DNA of 64,000 nucleotides from Deltaproteobacteria bacterium. Lineage in GTDB: Bacteria > Desulfobacterota > Syntrophobacteria > BM002. Where the stretch lies: positions 155-64,154 of the forward strand of contig JAJDNL010000239.1 of assembly GCA_022340745.1 (NCBI GenBank), given 5' to 3'. Made by a program: the position numbers and the translations under genes. The notes below the pieces were generated by a model, which saw only the letters and a list, made by a program, of their open reading frames with translations, ran no database searches and was not told the DNA's origin. Positions 39,731-49,880 of the stretch are shown here, piece after piece (the stretch's first letter is position 1; each line of letters begins with the position of its first letter).

Positions 39731-40158
39731 TAGATAACCCCCACCATCAAGTGAGGCTACGCTAGTTCTATTGAAGCTCCCTGCAGTCCGCCTTCGGCGG
39801 ACTACGGGGAATGCGCTCGCTAGAGCATTTTCAACGCAGAAAATCTGGCGCTTGGGGCCAGTCTTTTTTGATTTATGATTGCAGATTGAAGTGTATACAT
39901 TTTATATTTAAAAGTTGTGAGTTCTTAAATCTAAAATCTGCATTCTAAAATCTAAAATCCCACAGGCAGTCCTAAGCCGGGTCCTTTGGGCCCGGATTCT
40001 TTATTCTCTACCCTCATGCACATGGAATTCTTTGACTTTTTCACTTGATTTTTCCCAAAGCCATGTATTAAATTCGCCTTGATAATCGCCGGTTTCTCAA
40101 AGTGGGTCGATTTCGCTTCAAAGGATTGCTTCCTTGGCCAAAGCGGCGACCTAAAGTC

Positions 40159-40422
40159 TAGCCCGGATTTTTCATGAATTGCTGTCGCGAGACCGAGAGA
40201 CTGGGAACCCGCTTGCGGGACTGAGCGGAGCGCAGCGAGCGCGAAGAGGATGGGTGTACCACCGGGAAACCGCAGGGGGTTGGATCTGAGGTGTACTTGA
40301 ACAGTACGTCGCAAGATCCGACACCCGAGGACGCCCGGCTTCCGGCTCGGAGAGCCTACAGCTCGGAGAGAAGGACAGTCATATCCGCGGTCGCAGCAGG
40401 CAACTCGTGAAATATCCGGGCC
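40159..40422. mobile_element. MITE-A copy (264 bp)
   Basis: TAGCCCGGATTTTTCATGAA ... TCGTGAAATATCCGGGCC termini; core blocks GTACGTCGCAAGATCCGACACCCGAGGACGCCC and ATATCCGCGGTCGCAG shared with the 47315 and 56645 copies. Confidence 0.7.
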
Positions 40423-40462
40423 GAAACGTTATGGGTTAATCTTGAAAAAGGAGGTCAGCGTT

Positions 40463-40663
40463 TTGGCAAACGGCATTGTAAAGTGGTTCAATGACAGGAA
40501 AGGCTATGGTTTTATCCAGCAGGAAGATGGCGAGGACATATTCGTTCACTACTCTTCTATCGACATGGCCGGTTATAAGTCTCTCGCAGAAGGCGAGCAG
40601 GTGACCTTCGAGGTGGAAGAGGGCGACCGGGGGCCTGTGGCCAAAAACGTCCAAAAACTTTAA
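40463..40663 (+). CDS. cold-shock protein (CspA family)
   Basis: [15 protein letters not shown] (RNP1) and DIFVHYSSI (RNP2). TTG start 8 nt after a GGAGG RBS. Confidence 0.85.
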   Translation: MANGIVKWFNDRKGYGFIQQEDGEDIFVHYSSIDMAGYKSLAEGEQVTFEVEEGDRGPVAKNVQKL

Positions 40664-40879
40664 TTCAGATCCGAACAAGCTATCAGCACACACATGATGG
40701 GCATCTCGTCCTGGAGAGACTGGATGCCCTTCCCCTTTTTTGGGTTAATACTGCATTGCTTCATCTTACGCACTAAGTCTTTGACTCCTTTTCTCTCTTG
40801 CTTCTCTGGATCAGTTGACACTGATATAGCTGGGGGGGTAACGTTGAGGAGAAGAAAGGGATGTTATCTCGGAGCTGAA

Positions 40880-41413
40880 ATGATGCATAAGCGATGGGGG
40901 TGGGGTATCATCTTTATCTGCTTAGTCCTTACCGTGACTGGCTGCGCCGCTGTGGAGGTTTATTCAAGCCACCCAGCAGTGCAAAAGATGAGTAATGACT
41001 ATTTCAATGTCGAGCTTGAACCCCAGCTTCAAGAAGGCCAGAACTTTTTTACCTCTTTTCGTTTTGTCTTTACCAATAAAACCAAGCGAGATTTGCACCT
41101 TGACTGGGAAAACACCTATTATCTCTTCAATGGCCGCAGGGGTGGTCGCTTCCTCTGGGAAGGTGTTGACTGGGATGCCTTGAAAAAAGTAAGAAACCAG
41201 CCACTTATCCCGGTCGCCGCAGGTGATACTGTTACAGCAGTGATCTTTCCCAAGAACTTGGCTGGCAGATCGAGAATAACATCGACCACGGGTCTGAGGT
41301 ACACCAGAGGCCCACTACCAGTCGGGGAGAATGGCATATTTCTCGTGGTCAGACATAATGGGAGAGAAATACGGGAAAAAATTGTCGTCGAAATAGAAGC
41401 GCAACAGGGTTGA
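40880..41413 (+). CDS. hypothetical lipoprotein
   Basis: Start at MMHKRWGWGIIFICLVLTVTGC (signal peptide with lipobox Cys); no family recognised. Confidence 0.4.
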   Translation: MMHKRWGWGIIFICLVLTVTGCAAVEVYSSHPAVQKMSNDYFNVELEPQLQEGQNFFTSFRFVFTNKTKRDLHLDWENTYYLFNGRRGGRFLWEGVDWDALKKVRNQPLIPVAAGDTVTAVIFPKNLAGRSRITSTTGLRYTRGPLPVGENGIFLVVRHNGREIREKIVVEIEAQQG

Positions 41414-41572
41414 TGTCAACAAAACGCTCGGAGTCATCCTCCGGACTGTGCTTGACTGTTGACAAATACATTGAATTTGAGTAGCTTACGTTGCCTTAAT
41501 AGCCCCTGTCTCTGCTGAGATAGCAGCACCACATACACAAAGTTTGCCTATTGAGAGGTCCATATCGGAGAT

Positions 41573-42493
41573 ATGAAGCGAAAATTCACCATCAACATTG
41601 GCAAGCTCTTCGGCATCATTGTGTACGTTTTGGCTGTACAGCAAAGGCGGCTCGTCATTCGCAATCTGCGTTTTTGTTATCCTGAGTGGCACGACGATCA
41701 GATTAGGAAGCTCGCCAGACGTGTTTTCAAGAACTTCGGCATCACCTCTGTTGAAGTGTGTCAATCCGCACTCATGTCTCGGGAGAAACTCTCACGTAGA
41801 TATAGAGTAATTGGTGAGGATATTCTCATAAATGCCCTGAAGGCGAACGAGGGTATACTGATCGTTACAGCCCACCTAGGGAACTGGGAAGTTGCCCAAC
41901 ACTATATGAATAACTTTGCAACGCCTTTCTCGGTGGTGGCTACCAGGATGAAGCAGGCGTGGGCGAATCGGTTGTTGAATCATTTGCGCTCCCGTTTTGG
42001 CAATACTGTCATCGACAAGAAAGGCGGGTTGCCAAACATAATGCAGGCCCTTCGCAGAGGGGAAATAGTTGCCTTGCTCATAGACCAAAGCAGACGCAAA
42101 CAAGGGATTGAAGTTACTTTCTTCGGTCGGGAGGCAACTGCAACCCCTGCCGCTGCCCTGCTGGCGATGCGATGCAAAAGTACGGTTTTACCAATGTTTT
42201 GTGTCCGGGATCCTGACGGCCAGCTCACCATTCAGGTGAAACCACCTCTGGAAACGATACGGACAGGCGACTTGCGGAGCGATCTACAGACAAACACCCA
42301 AATTATGATGAATGCTGTGGAAGAGATGGTCAGGGAATATCCAGATCAGTGGTTTTGGACTCTGAAACCGTGGAAGGTCGCCTACCCACACCTCTATAGG
42401 GAGTGGGAGGAGCGACGAAAAAAACACAAAACAAGAAAAAAACGACGCCGGGCCGCAGCGCGAAAAACGAACTCACCCGCCACTCCCCGATAG
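41573..42493 (+). CDS. lysophospholipid/lipid A biosynthesis acyltransferase (LpxL/HtrB family)
   Basis: 306 aa; the family's N-terminal TM region and the H-x4-D-like acyltransferase region (TAHLGNWEV); basic C-terminal tail. Confidence 0.7.
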   Translation: MKRKFTINIGKLFGIIVYVLAVQQRRLVIRNLRFCYPEWHDDQIRKLARRVFKNFGITSVEVCQSALMSREKLSRRYRVIGEDILINALKANEGILIVTAHLGNWEVAQHYMNNFATPFSVVATRMKQAWANRLLNHLRSRFGNTVIDKKGGLPNIMQALRRGEIVALLIDQSRRKQGIEVTFFGREATATPAAALLAMRCKSTVLPMFCVRDPDGQLTIQVKPPLETIRTGDLRSDLQTNTQIMMNAVEEMVREYPDQWFWTLKPWKVAYPHLYREWEERRKKHKTRKKRRRAAARKTNSPATPR

Positions 42494-42504
42494 CACTTAT
42501 AGGT

Positions 42505-43242
42505 CTAGCTGACAATTCTTTGGGGGCGTTCTGCTCTTTCTCGGGCTACGTCTTTTTGCAAGAATTCGCACTCCTCACGGTCGAACTCCCAGCAGCATCT
42601 CGGCTTGATCTCATAAATGGCGCAGAAAAACTTGGCGGTAGCGAAGTATTCGAAGAGAAAAGGACAGAAACGCTGATACTTGCAGCCATCACCCCGAAAA
42701 TACACGTACCAGAGGCTGGGAAGTTTAGAATTTGCCCTGAATTCAGGAATCCCACCTCGGATCTCACAGCACTCCCCACAGTATTCACACCAGATCGCTT
42801 CAGGCAGGGATTCCTGCGGAGGGTCTAGCAGCTGCATGGTGAATATCTCACTATGATCGTTGAGATTTTTCAAGTCTTGCCGAATGGAGAGGAATATTTC
42901 CACCCACCTCAACAGATGTTCCGCCGAGATCCTTGCCAGACTCGCTTCAGACAAATCAGCAAAGCCGGGCTCTCTGCTGAACCCTCCAACGTTCAGTTTT
43001 CGTAGCTTGCTGAAAGGAAAATAGGGATCAGACAGCCCCTTAGTCACCAATTCTCGCTCCCGGGTTGGCTGATAACAGGATGCCAGTGAGTCCAGCGCAT
43101 CATGCCAACGACTCAGGGTCTTCGGATCAGATTGCCTCAGGAGCTCGAGTTTTCGTTGCCGTCGATTGAGGTCACAAAAAGCGATGAATCGTTGATGGAA
43201 CGACGATGTGGGCATGGCGTTAGGAGCTGGTTTTTGCATCAC
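42505..43242 (-). CDS. YkgJ-family cysteine-cluster protein (CxxCxxCC, UPF0153)
   Basis: CEYCGECC motif plus additional downstream Cys; lies 8 nt downstream of porB on the same strand. Confidence 0.7.
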   Translation of the reverse strand: MMQKPAPNAMPTSSFHQRFIAFCDLNRRQRKLELLRQSDPKTLSRWHDALDSLASCYQPTRERELVTKGLSDPYFPFSKLRKLNVGGFSREPGFADLSEASLARISAEHLLRWVEIFLSIRQDLKNLNDHSEIFTMQLLDPPQESLPEAIWCEYCGECCEIRGGIPEFRANSKLPSLWYVYFRGDGCKYQRFCPFLFEYFATAKFFCAIYEIKPRCCWEFDREECEFLQKDVARERAERPQRIVS

Positions 43243-43250
43243 CCCGTGCT

Positions 43251-44159
43251 CTATGTTTCCTCGGAAAGCTCATGACGTTGCAGAAACCGCTGCCACCGTT
43301 TGTCAATCCAACCTTGCAGATAATCTATCTGCTCAGGGGTGACGTGCTTAAAGCGTCCCTGTAATTTCAGGTATTGGCTGACCGGTTTTTTCTTGCCGCT
43401 ACGGGCCATGCTGCGGCTCCGTCCAGTTAGGCGCAGGACACCGTTTTCAATCTCAAGAAGGACCCACATGGCGGTGTCCACCGCCAATTTTCCCAGCTCG
43501 ACCAAATCATCGGTGGGAAACCCCCACCCAGGAGAGCAGGGAATGTTTATGTGCATGAAGCGGGTGCCATTGATGTTCTTGGCTTTCACAACCTTGTCAT
43601 ACAAATCCAGTGGGTATGCTGGCGAGGCTGAAGCCATGTACGGTATTCCGTGGGCTTCCATGATGGCCAGAATGTCCTTCTTGTGCTCGAACTTGGTTCC
43701 CGGAGTGGTGGTGGTGAATGCACCCATAGGCGTGGCGCTGGACCGTTGAGTGCCCGTGTTCATATAGCCTTCATTATCGTAACAGATATAGAGAAAATCG
43801 GTATTTCTTTCCGCAGCAGCGCTGAGAGCCTGAATCCCAATGTCGAAAGTGCCGCCGTCGCCGGCAATTCCCACCACCGTGTAGTCGGTCTTGCCCAGCG
43901 CTTTCAGACCGGCGGCGATTCCGGTAGCCGAAGCCGCAGTAGTGGCGAAGGCGGTGTTGATATTAGTAAGCCCAACCGAGGTGGACGGATAGAGTCCATG
44001 GAGCACGGTCAAGCAGGAGGCCGGTATGGTTAGAATGGTCTTTTCGCCCAAAGCCTTGAGAATATGACGATACGCCAGGGACAAACCGCACCCAGAACAG
44101 GCCCTGGTTCCGGGCAACATGTATTCTTCCTCCGGAAGTTGCATCAAATTAGTAACCAT
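43251..44159 (-). CDS. porB: 2-oxoacid:ferredoxin oxidoreductase beta subunit (TPP-binding; POR/VOR type)
   Basis: N-terminal Cys cluster (CSGCG...C) and TPP motif GIAGDGGTFDIG...YDNEGYMNTGTQ. Confidence 0.85.
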   Translation of the reverse strand: MVTNLMQLPEEEYMLPGTRACSGCGLSLAYRHILKALGEKTILTIPASCLTVLHGLYPSTSVGLTNINTAFATTAASATGIAAGLKALGKTDYTVVGIAGDGGTFDIGIQALSAAAERNTDFLYICYDNEGYMNTGTQRSSATPMGAFTTTTPGTKFEHKKDILAIMEAHGIPYMASASPAYPLDLYDKVVKAKNINGTRFMHINIPCSPGWGFPTDDLVELGKLAVDTAMWVLLEIENGVLRLTGRSRSMARSGKKKPVSQYLKLQGRFKHVTPEQIDYLQGWIDKRWQRFLQRHELSEET

Positions 44160-44318
44160 AATCCCAGTGCCCTTTCCTATTAAGCTCTTTGTTGCTTGCT
44201 ACAATGACAGTGCAGGAAGCGTAACAGAGAAATTAAGGGATTCGGGAATTCAGGGATTGAGGAATTGGAATCCCCCAATCCCTAAATTCCTAAATTCCCT
44301 AATTCGCAATTAATGTCA

Positions 44319-45515
44319 TTAGACTGCTACCCCTATCCACTGTGGGCCGTTTATCTGGACCCTCCGCTTCAAGGCCTCCTCAGTGGCAGCTTCCAGATCC
44401 GTGGCCACGATGTTCTTGCCGCCCAGACCAACAATGAAATTCGTGATCGTTGGCTGCAGGCCGCCTTCGAAAAGAGCGGCCTTGGTCTCGGTGCAGGTGG
44501 CGCCTTCGTTGCCGTAACTAATATTCTTGTCAAAAATCACTACGTGTTTCGCCCCTGATAGCGCTTGGCGCAGTGGTTCCGCCGGGAAAGGCCGAAAAAT
44601 CCGCAGGGACACCACTCCCGCCTTGCAACCCTTTTCCCTGAGCGCATCAGCCGCAAGGGAAGCCTCATTGGCCAGGGAACCCATGGTGAGCAGAATAGTA
44701 TCTGCCCCTTCAGTCCGGTATTGCCACAGCAGGCATTCATAGCTCCGGCCGAAAACCTCCCCAAACTCGCGGCCCACCTCGAGGATAACATCCCCTGCGG
44801 ACTCGAGGGCTTCCTGCAGACGCATGCGAAACCCCATGTAGCTCGGACAGAACACACCCTGGGCATTCGCCCGCGGACCCGCCAGCATTACGGGATTGAT
44901 ATTTATGGGTTCCGGCCCGTCCACCTGCAAGTGGGGCACGTATGGCGGCAGGAATGCATCCACTTGCTTCTGGTCCGGTATCTCCACCGGCATGACCGTG
45001 TGTGAAAGCACAAAGCCGTCGAAGCAGACCATCATGGGGACGTGGAGCTGCTCACAGATCTTATATGCCATGATCATGCTGTCCATAATCTCCTGATTAT
45101 CCCGGCAGTAGACTTGCATCCAGCCGGTGTCGCGCTGGGAGATGGAATCCTGCATGTCATTGAAAATTGTCCAGGGCGCCCCAAGTCCCCGGTTAGCAAG
45201 AGCCATGACAATTGGCAACCTTGCCCCTGCGGCCCAGTGCAGTTGCTCATGCATGTAGGCCAGTCCATTGGCCGCCGTAGCAGTGAATACTCGCGCACCT
45301 ACAGTTGAGGCGGAAATGCACACAGTCAGGGCGCTATGTTCGCTTTCAACCCGAATAAACTCGGCTTCCAACTCTCCTGAGTCCACATACTTGACCAAGG
45401 TCTCTGGAATTTTTGACTGTGGGGTTATGGGGTAGGCAGCAATGACCTGCACCCGGCAAAGCTTGGCCCCCATTGCGGCTGTCTCGTTACCATTGATAAT
45501 TTGCACATTGCTCAC
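44319..45515 (-). CDS. porA: 2-oxoacid:ferredoxin oxidoreductase alpha subunit
   Basis: 398 aa; MGAKLCRVQVIAAYPITPQS N-terminus typical of PorA/VorA. Confidence 0.85.
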   Translation of the reverse strand: MSNVQIINGNETAAMGAKLCRVQVIAAYPITPQSKIPETLVKYVDSGELEAEFIRVESEHSALTVCISASTVGARVFTATAANGLAYMHEQLHWAAGARLPIVMALANRGLGAPWTIFNDMQDSISQRDTGWMQVYCRDNQEIMDSMIMAYKICEQLHVPMMVCFDGFVLSHTVMPVEIPDQKQVDAFLPPYVPHLQVDGPEPININPVMLAGPRANAQGVFCPSYMGFRMRLQEALESAGDVILEVGREFGEVFGRSYECLLWQYRTEGADTILLTMGSLANEASLAADALREKGCKAGVVSLRIFRPFPAEPLRQALSGAKHVVIFDKNISYGNEGATCTETKAALFEGGLQPTITNFIVGLGGKNIVATDLEAATEEALKRRVQINGPQWIGVAV

Positions 45516-45730
45516 AAGAAGTCACCACACCATCTGGTCAGATTTCTCCCGTACCTGGCCATGGAAAGTCAAATTAACCACAAAGAGCACAAAGCACACA
45601 AAGGATCAAGATATATACGAGATGAGAAAAATATCAGGCATGACCGGACATCTAATATATCACATTTCACATCTGTTATTTCTTGGTGATCTTCGTGTCC
45701 TTCGTGGTGAAAATGTATCTCTGTTATTCT

Positions 45731-46057
45731 CTATTCAGTATCTTCCTCGATGACGCACTCAGCGAGCACAAATTCTTCCTCGACCTCCATCCGAATTGCC
45801 TTGGTCGGGCACACCTGGGCGCAAACCCCGCAACCTTTACAATATTGAAGATCTATCTCAATGGGTATTCCTCTTTTCACTGTGCCATCCGGACAATAGA
45901 GCCAGCACAAATAACAGGTGTCTTTCTGCTTTTTATAAGGAGTACACTTGCTTAGGTCGATTATCGGACGCTTAGCCCTCCACTCGCCTGTATTACCTGC
46001 CTCTCCTTTGGTCAGCGTGGCGCAAGCGGAAATGAACTGGTCTTTTTTAGATGCCAT
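45731..46057 (-). CDS. porD: 2-oxoacid:ferredoxin oxidoreductase delta subunit (2x[4Fe-4S] ferredoxin)
   Basis: Two CxxCxxCxxxCP motifs (CYLCWLYCPDG, CKGCGVCAQVCP). Confidence 0.8.
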   Translation of the reverse strand: MASKKDQFISACATLTKGEAGNTGEWRAKRPIIDLSKCTPYKKQKDTCYLCWLYCPDGTVKRGIPIEIDLQYCKGCGVCAQVCPTKAIRMEVEEEFVLAECVIEEDTE

Positions 46058-46178
46058 AGAGGCCTTCCTTAGCTTACCTAGCTTTTCCTAGTTACTTCTA
46101 GAGCTGTACGAGCTACCAAGCTTGGAAAGGGTTTTTGGTATTATAACACCTGCGGTCCAAGAAAAGGATCATCTCGGG

Positions 46179-46781
46179 CTAAGACAGTTGCCAGCTGCGG
46201 TTGATTCTCGTTGCTTCGTAGGTGAGTCGGGCGCCTTGAATGTTAATCTTTGCTGCTTGCCCGCTGAAATTCTCGCCAATGGCTTTTTCCAGGCTCTTCA
46301 TCTGAATCAGAGAACTGGCCTTGGAAAAGGCTCCAAGTAAAGACGTATTGATCAGCACCGCTCCAGCAACCACCAGACCAATCTCTCTGGCAATAGAGTT
46401 GGCATCGGAAGTTGCCACCGCAATGTCCATGTCAGTGCAAAATATTTCGGGGGGACTGCTGGCGTTTAAGATAAGAAGCCCATCCGCTCTCAGACCGCCC
46501 AGCACATCAACCGCCTGCAAAAGTCTTTCATCCAGCACAACTACTACATCAGCTTGAGTCGCTGGACTCAAGGTGCGAATAGGTTTTTTTGAAAACCTGG
46601 TTGTGGCAGTAATGGGAGCTCCTCGTCGCTCAACACCGAAAAATGGCGCTGCAGTCACTCCTTGGTAACCATCAAGATACGCAGCCTCAGCAAGTATCAT
46701 AGCAGCGGTTACCGCACCCTGACCGCCACGGCCGTGCCAGGTTACATTGATGACTCTCTCTTCTGTGAGATCCTCAGCCAT
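46179..46781 (-). CDS. porG: 2-oxoacid:ferredoxin oxidoreductase gamma subunit
   Basis: WHGRGGQGAVTAAMILAEAAYLDGY is the gamma-subunit signature. Confidence 0.8.
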   Translation of the reverse strand: MAEDLTEERVINVTWHGRGGQGAVTAAMILAEAAYLDGYQGVTAAPFFGVERRGAPITATTRFSKKPIRTLSPATQADVVVVLDERLLQAVDVLGGLRADGLLILNASSPPEIFCTDMDIAVATSDANSIAREIGLVVAGAVLINTSLLGAFSKASSLIQMKSLEKAIGENFSGQAAKINIQGARLTYEATRINRSWQLS

Positions 46782-46816
46782 GCTTACCTATATACCTTCG
46801 GACCCCCTTGATTGTC

Positions 46817-46836
46817 CAGCCCGGGTATTTCATGAA
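46817..46836. repeat. solo MITE-A terminus (CAGCCCGGGTATTTCATGAA) upstream of porG
   Basis: Sequence identity to the MITE-A TIR; 36 bp upstream of the porG start on the opposite strand. Confidence 0.5.
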
Positions 46837-46919
46837 TCACTTGCCGCTTTCCTATTTCTACGGTAGATTCCTAGAGGTGGAAATAACCACTCCTTTATTA
46901 CCGGTTGAGAGCGTTGGAT

Positions 46920-47333
46920 ATGTCTGAAAGACTGATAGAGAAAATCGCCCTGCCAAACGGTTTGATTCTAGAAATCTGGGACACATCTCACCTCATGGCG
47001 GGCGACAGATGGTTGGTCTCGCTTCTCGCCAAGGTGGAAGTCACTGTCTTGCCCGAGTACTTCTCTCCACTTGACGATGGCGAACAGGCTTACCAAGATC
47101 TGGTCGCCGCCCATGGCAACTCTCTGGTTTTTACCCAGGAAAAAGTGAGACTTTTCGTGGATAAAGGCGAAACCAAAGAGGTGCTCACCAGACTGCGCCG
47201 GAGCATCAAGGACAATCTGGCAGCATATCTCGGCAACCCCAAATTTGCCTCGTCTTACGTACTGAAAAAATATGGCGACCTCCGAGATCGCCAGAATTGG
47301 GGCGCCGCCCCCCCTAGCCCGGATGTTTCATGA
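46920..47333 (+). CDS. hypothetical protein, 3' end defined by MITE-A insertion
   Basis: ORF with no family recognised. Its last codons and its TGA stop lie inside the MITE-A left terminus (…GCC CCC CCT AGC CCG GAT GTT TCA TGA). Confidence 0.35.
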   Translation: MSERLIEKIALPNGLILEIWDTSHLMAGDRWLVSLLAKVEVTVLPEYFSPLDDGEQAYQDLVAAHGNSLVFTQEKVRLFVDKGETKEVLTRLRRSIKDNLAAYLGNPKFASSYVLKKYGDLRDRQNWGAAPPSPDVS

Positions 47334-47550
47334 AAATGCTATAGCGAGCGCGTCCTCCGTAGCGACTCGACCTGAGCGACACGACCTGAGCTCGTCGACA
47401 GGTCTCGTCGACAAGTCTTGCTGCGGGGTTAGCGAGCGAATTACAATAAAACGGTACGTCGCAAAGTGCGACACCCGAGGACGCCCAGAAGGACGCCTAT
47501 ATCCGCGGTCGCAGTCCGCCGTAGGCGGAATTCATGAAACATCCGGGCTA
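47315..47550. mobile_element. MITE-A copy (236 bp)
   Basis: TAGCCCGGATGTTTCATGAA ... TTCATGAAACATCCGGGCTA termini; same core blocks. The left TIR supplies the last codons and TGA stop of the upstream ORF 46920-47333. Confidence 0.75.
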
Positions 47551-47632
47551 CAAATGATGCGCTTTTCCCATAGGGAGAAGCCAAATACGGCTAAAATCTT
47601 GTAACCCTAACCGCCCTGCGAGAGTTCTTTCC

Positions 47633-47824
47633 TTAGGCTGCCGAGCGATAACGTCTTTGCTTTCTCTGAATCCTCTTGATCGCTTTTTTGCGTTTGATCC
47701 GTCGGCGCTCACTCTTACTCAGATAATATGTGTGTCTCCGAAGCGCCGGTTGAACGTTTCTCTGAAAATCCTTTCGCAGCTTTTTGATTTTCCTTTCCAG
47801 GGAATCACTCTCAAAGCCGGCCAT
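47633..47824 (-). CDS. rpsU: 30S ribosomal protein S21
   Basis: 63 aa, very basic. ...ALRRHTYYLSKSERRRIKRKKAIKR resembles the S21 core (ALRRFKR...YEKPS..RKR). Not in its usual rpsU-dnaG context. Confidence 0.55.
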   Translation of the reverse strand: MAGFESDSLERKIKKLRKDFQRNVQPALRRHTYYLSKSERRRIKRKKAIKRIQRKQRRYRSAA

Positions 47825-48211
47825 CCACTGTTCACCTCTCTTTCACCATAAAAAAAGCCCTTTTCACAGGGCCCAGCCGCAACTTTCTTTGGCATGAATC
47901 GTTGTAAGGAACTGAACCTCTTCATGGTCTCAGAAGTTATCTACCAAAGCAATCGTGCTGCTGCAGTCCCCTATCAACTTTTTATCTAACATATCCTCTT
48001 GGCAGTGGCAACCCCGCACCCCTCAGGAGTTACTCCATTCCTTTGCTCACTTGGCAGATGATAGGTTGAACCGCAGAATATCGAAGTGAAAAACATTGTC
48101 TTATTTCTTTCAAAAACTTCTGCCGTTCGAAATTCCTCGTTCGATATTCACAAACGACTATTTACTTCACTCCGTATTATAGCGACCCAAGGAAGGCTGA
48201 TTGAATATCTA

Positions 48212-48440
48212 CCACAGAGGCACAGAGATCACGGAGGAGGTTGTTTTTTCCCTGGCCGGGAGACGACGGCCAGGGAAAAGAGCCTCCGCCTTCGGCGAAA
48301 GCTCCTTAACTGGTTCCAACCGATGACATCAAACCACCGGGTTACTTGATCGTGCCCGCAGGGCTGCGATCTTTTGCCCGATCGCCGTCTCCCGATCGGG
48401 CAAAAAAAATATTCCCTCTGTGCTCTCCGTGTCTCTGTGG
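48212..48440. mobile_element. MITE-B copy 1 (229 bp), TIR CCACAGAGGCACAGAG
   Basis: Termini CCACAGAGGCACAGAG...CTCTGTGCTCTCCGTGTCTCTGTGG. Internal hairpins (CCCTGGCCGGGAGACGACGGCCAGGG; TTTTGCCCGATCGCCGTCTCCCGATCGGGCAAAA). About 90 percent identical to the reverse complement of copy 2. Confidence 0.75.
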
Positions 48441-48561
48441 TTAGTAAATAAAAGTGGATATCGAAATCTAGTATTGATAGCATGCGCAGCTGAGGGAATA
48501 GGCGTTATTCAAAATTGAAAACAGGCTGAATCCCGCTTTAATCATAACTGAAAGTGCGGCA

Positions 48562-49353
48562 CTATCCCTTCAGTGATCCTGTAAAATTCGGCTTCCTTTT
48601 CTCCAGGAAGGCCCCAAAGCCTTCGCCAGCATCCTCACTGGCGAAACAGAGTGCAAAAGCTTCCATCTCTAGGGCACAGGCATTCAGCAAGTCCAGGTTC
48701 ATACCCTGATCGATAACGTGCTTGACTGCCTTCGTCGCAACCCTGCCCTTGCTCGCCATGAGGGATGCAACCTTCCTGGTCTCTTCCATGAGTGTTTCAG
48801 GCGGAAACACCCTGTTCACCAACCCCATGTCTTTCGCCTCCTGAGCACTGATCATGACACCGGTCAGGCAAAGCTCTTTGGCCAGGGCCCGCCCCACTAA
48901 CCGAAGCAGACGCTGGGTGCCACCAAAACCGGGAATAATGCCCAGATTAATTTCTGGCTGGCCGAGCTGTGCCGTTTCTGAAGCATAAATAAAATCACAT
49001 GCCAGTGCGATCTCGCAGCCACCGCCAAGCGCGAATCCGTTTACACAAGCGATTACGGGAATGCTCAGACTTTCCAGGGCAAAGAGAGCCTCCTGCCCCT
49101 TTACGGCAAAGTACTTGGCAGAGATAGGATTCAGCTTCTGTAACTCCTTTATGTCAGCACCAGCCACAAAGGCCCTGTCGCCCGCGCCCGTCAAAATAAG
49201 CGCCCTGACCTCCTCATCGTCTGCAATTGTCTTTATGGCCTCACCCACTTCGGTGAGAGTGCCCATTTTAAGGGCATTCAGCACCTCAGGCCGGTTGAAA
49301 GTTATGGTAGCAATTCCCCCTTCTACCTCAAACAAAATATCCTCATACGGCAT
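48562..49353 (-). CDS. enoyl-CoA hydratase/isomerase (crotonase family)
   Basis: ATITFNRPEVLNAL...LTGAGDRAFVAGADI oxyanion-hole motifs. Start at MPYEDILF, preceded by an AAGGAGAGG RBS. Confidence 0.85.
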   Translation of the reverse strand: MPYEDILFEVEGGIATITFNRPEVLNALKMGTLTEVGEAIKTIADDEEVRALILTGAGDRAFVAGADIKELQKLNPISAKYFAVKGQEALFALESLSIPVIACVNGFALGGGCEIALACDFIYASETAQLGQPEINLGIIPGFGGTQRLLRLVGRALAKELCLTGVMISAQEAKDMGLVNRVFPPETLMEETRKVASLMASKGRVATKAVKHVIDQGMNLDLLNACALEMEAFALCFASEDAGEGFGAFLEKRKPNFTGSLKG

Positions 49354-49880
49354 GTTACACCTCTCCTTTGTTAATCTAAGATCCATTCCAATAGCTTTAA
49401 CGATTGAGTCCATAAGAATTGAAATTTTCCTCCATGTCAAGAAAAAGCCGGCTGCAAAGATTTACCCGTTTTTTATCCGGTAAAAAATGGGTAAATCTTT
49501 GCAAAAGTAATACGGCCAAGAATCGCAACGAATACAGACCAGGACATGGGCTTTTCGGTTGATTGACTGGGCCTTGCCCCTATGCTAGTAAAAGAGGCCA
49601 CATCATACTGGCCTGTAACTAATTTAATGCCAGAAGTTCGAAACTAGTGGTTATCTAACAGTCGTTCTTGGATGAATGGAGTAAGTGTCATTTATGATTT
49701 AAGATTGCTGATTGCAGATTGAGACTAAACAGTGCTTATGACTTCGATGCGCAAAGCTCTTCAATCTAAAATCTGCATTCTAAAATCAAAAATCGCTAGT
49801 ACTCCAGCCCATCCTCCGAAGGCGCAACCGGCGACCTCCTATCACTTGGTTGCTTCTTAACCAGTTTGAGGGCTCGATAC

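Noticed and set aside
42403-42828. 141-aa plus-strand ORF overlapping the end of the LpxL-family gene and antisense to ykgJ
   Set aside because: Overlaps two better-supported genes; composition-biased translation; no motifs.
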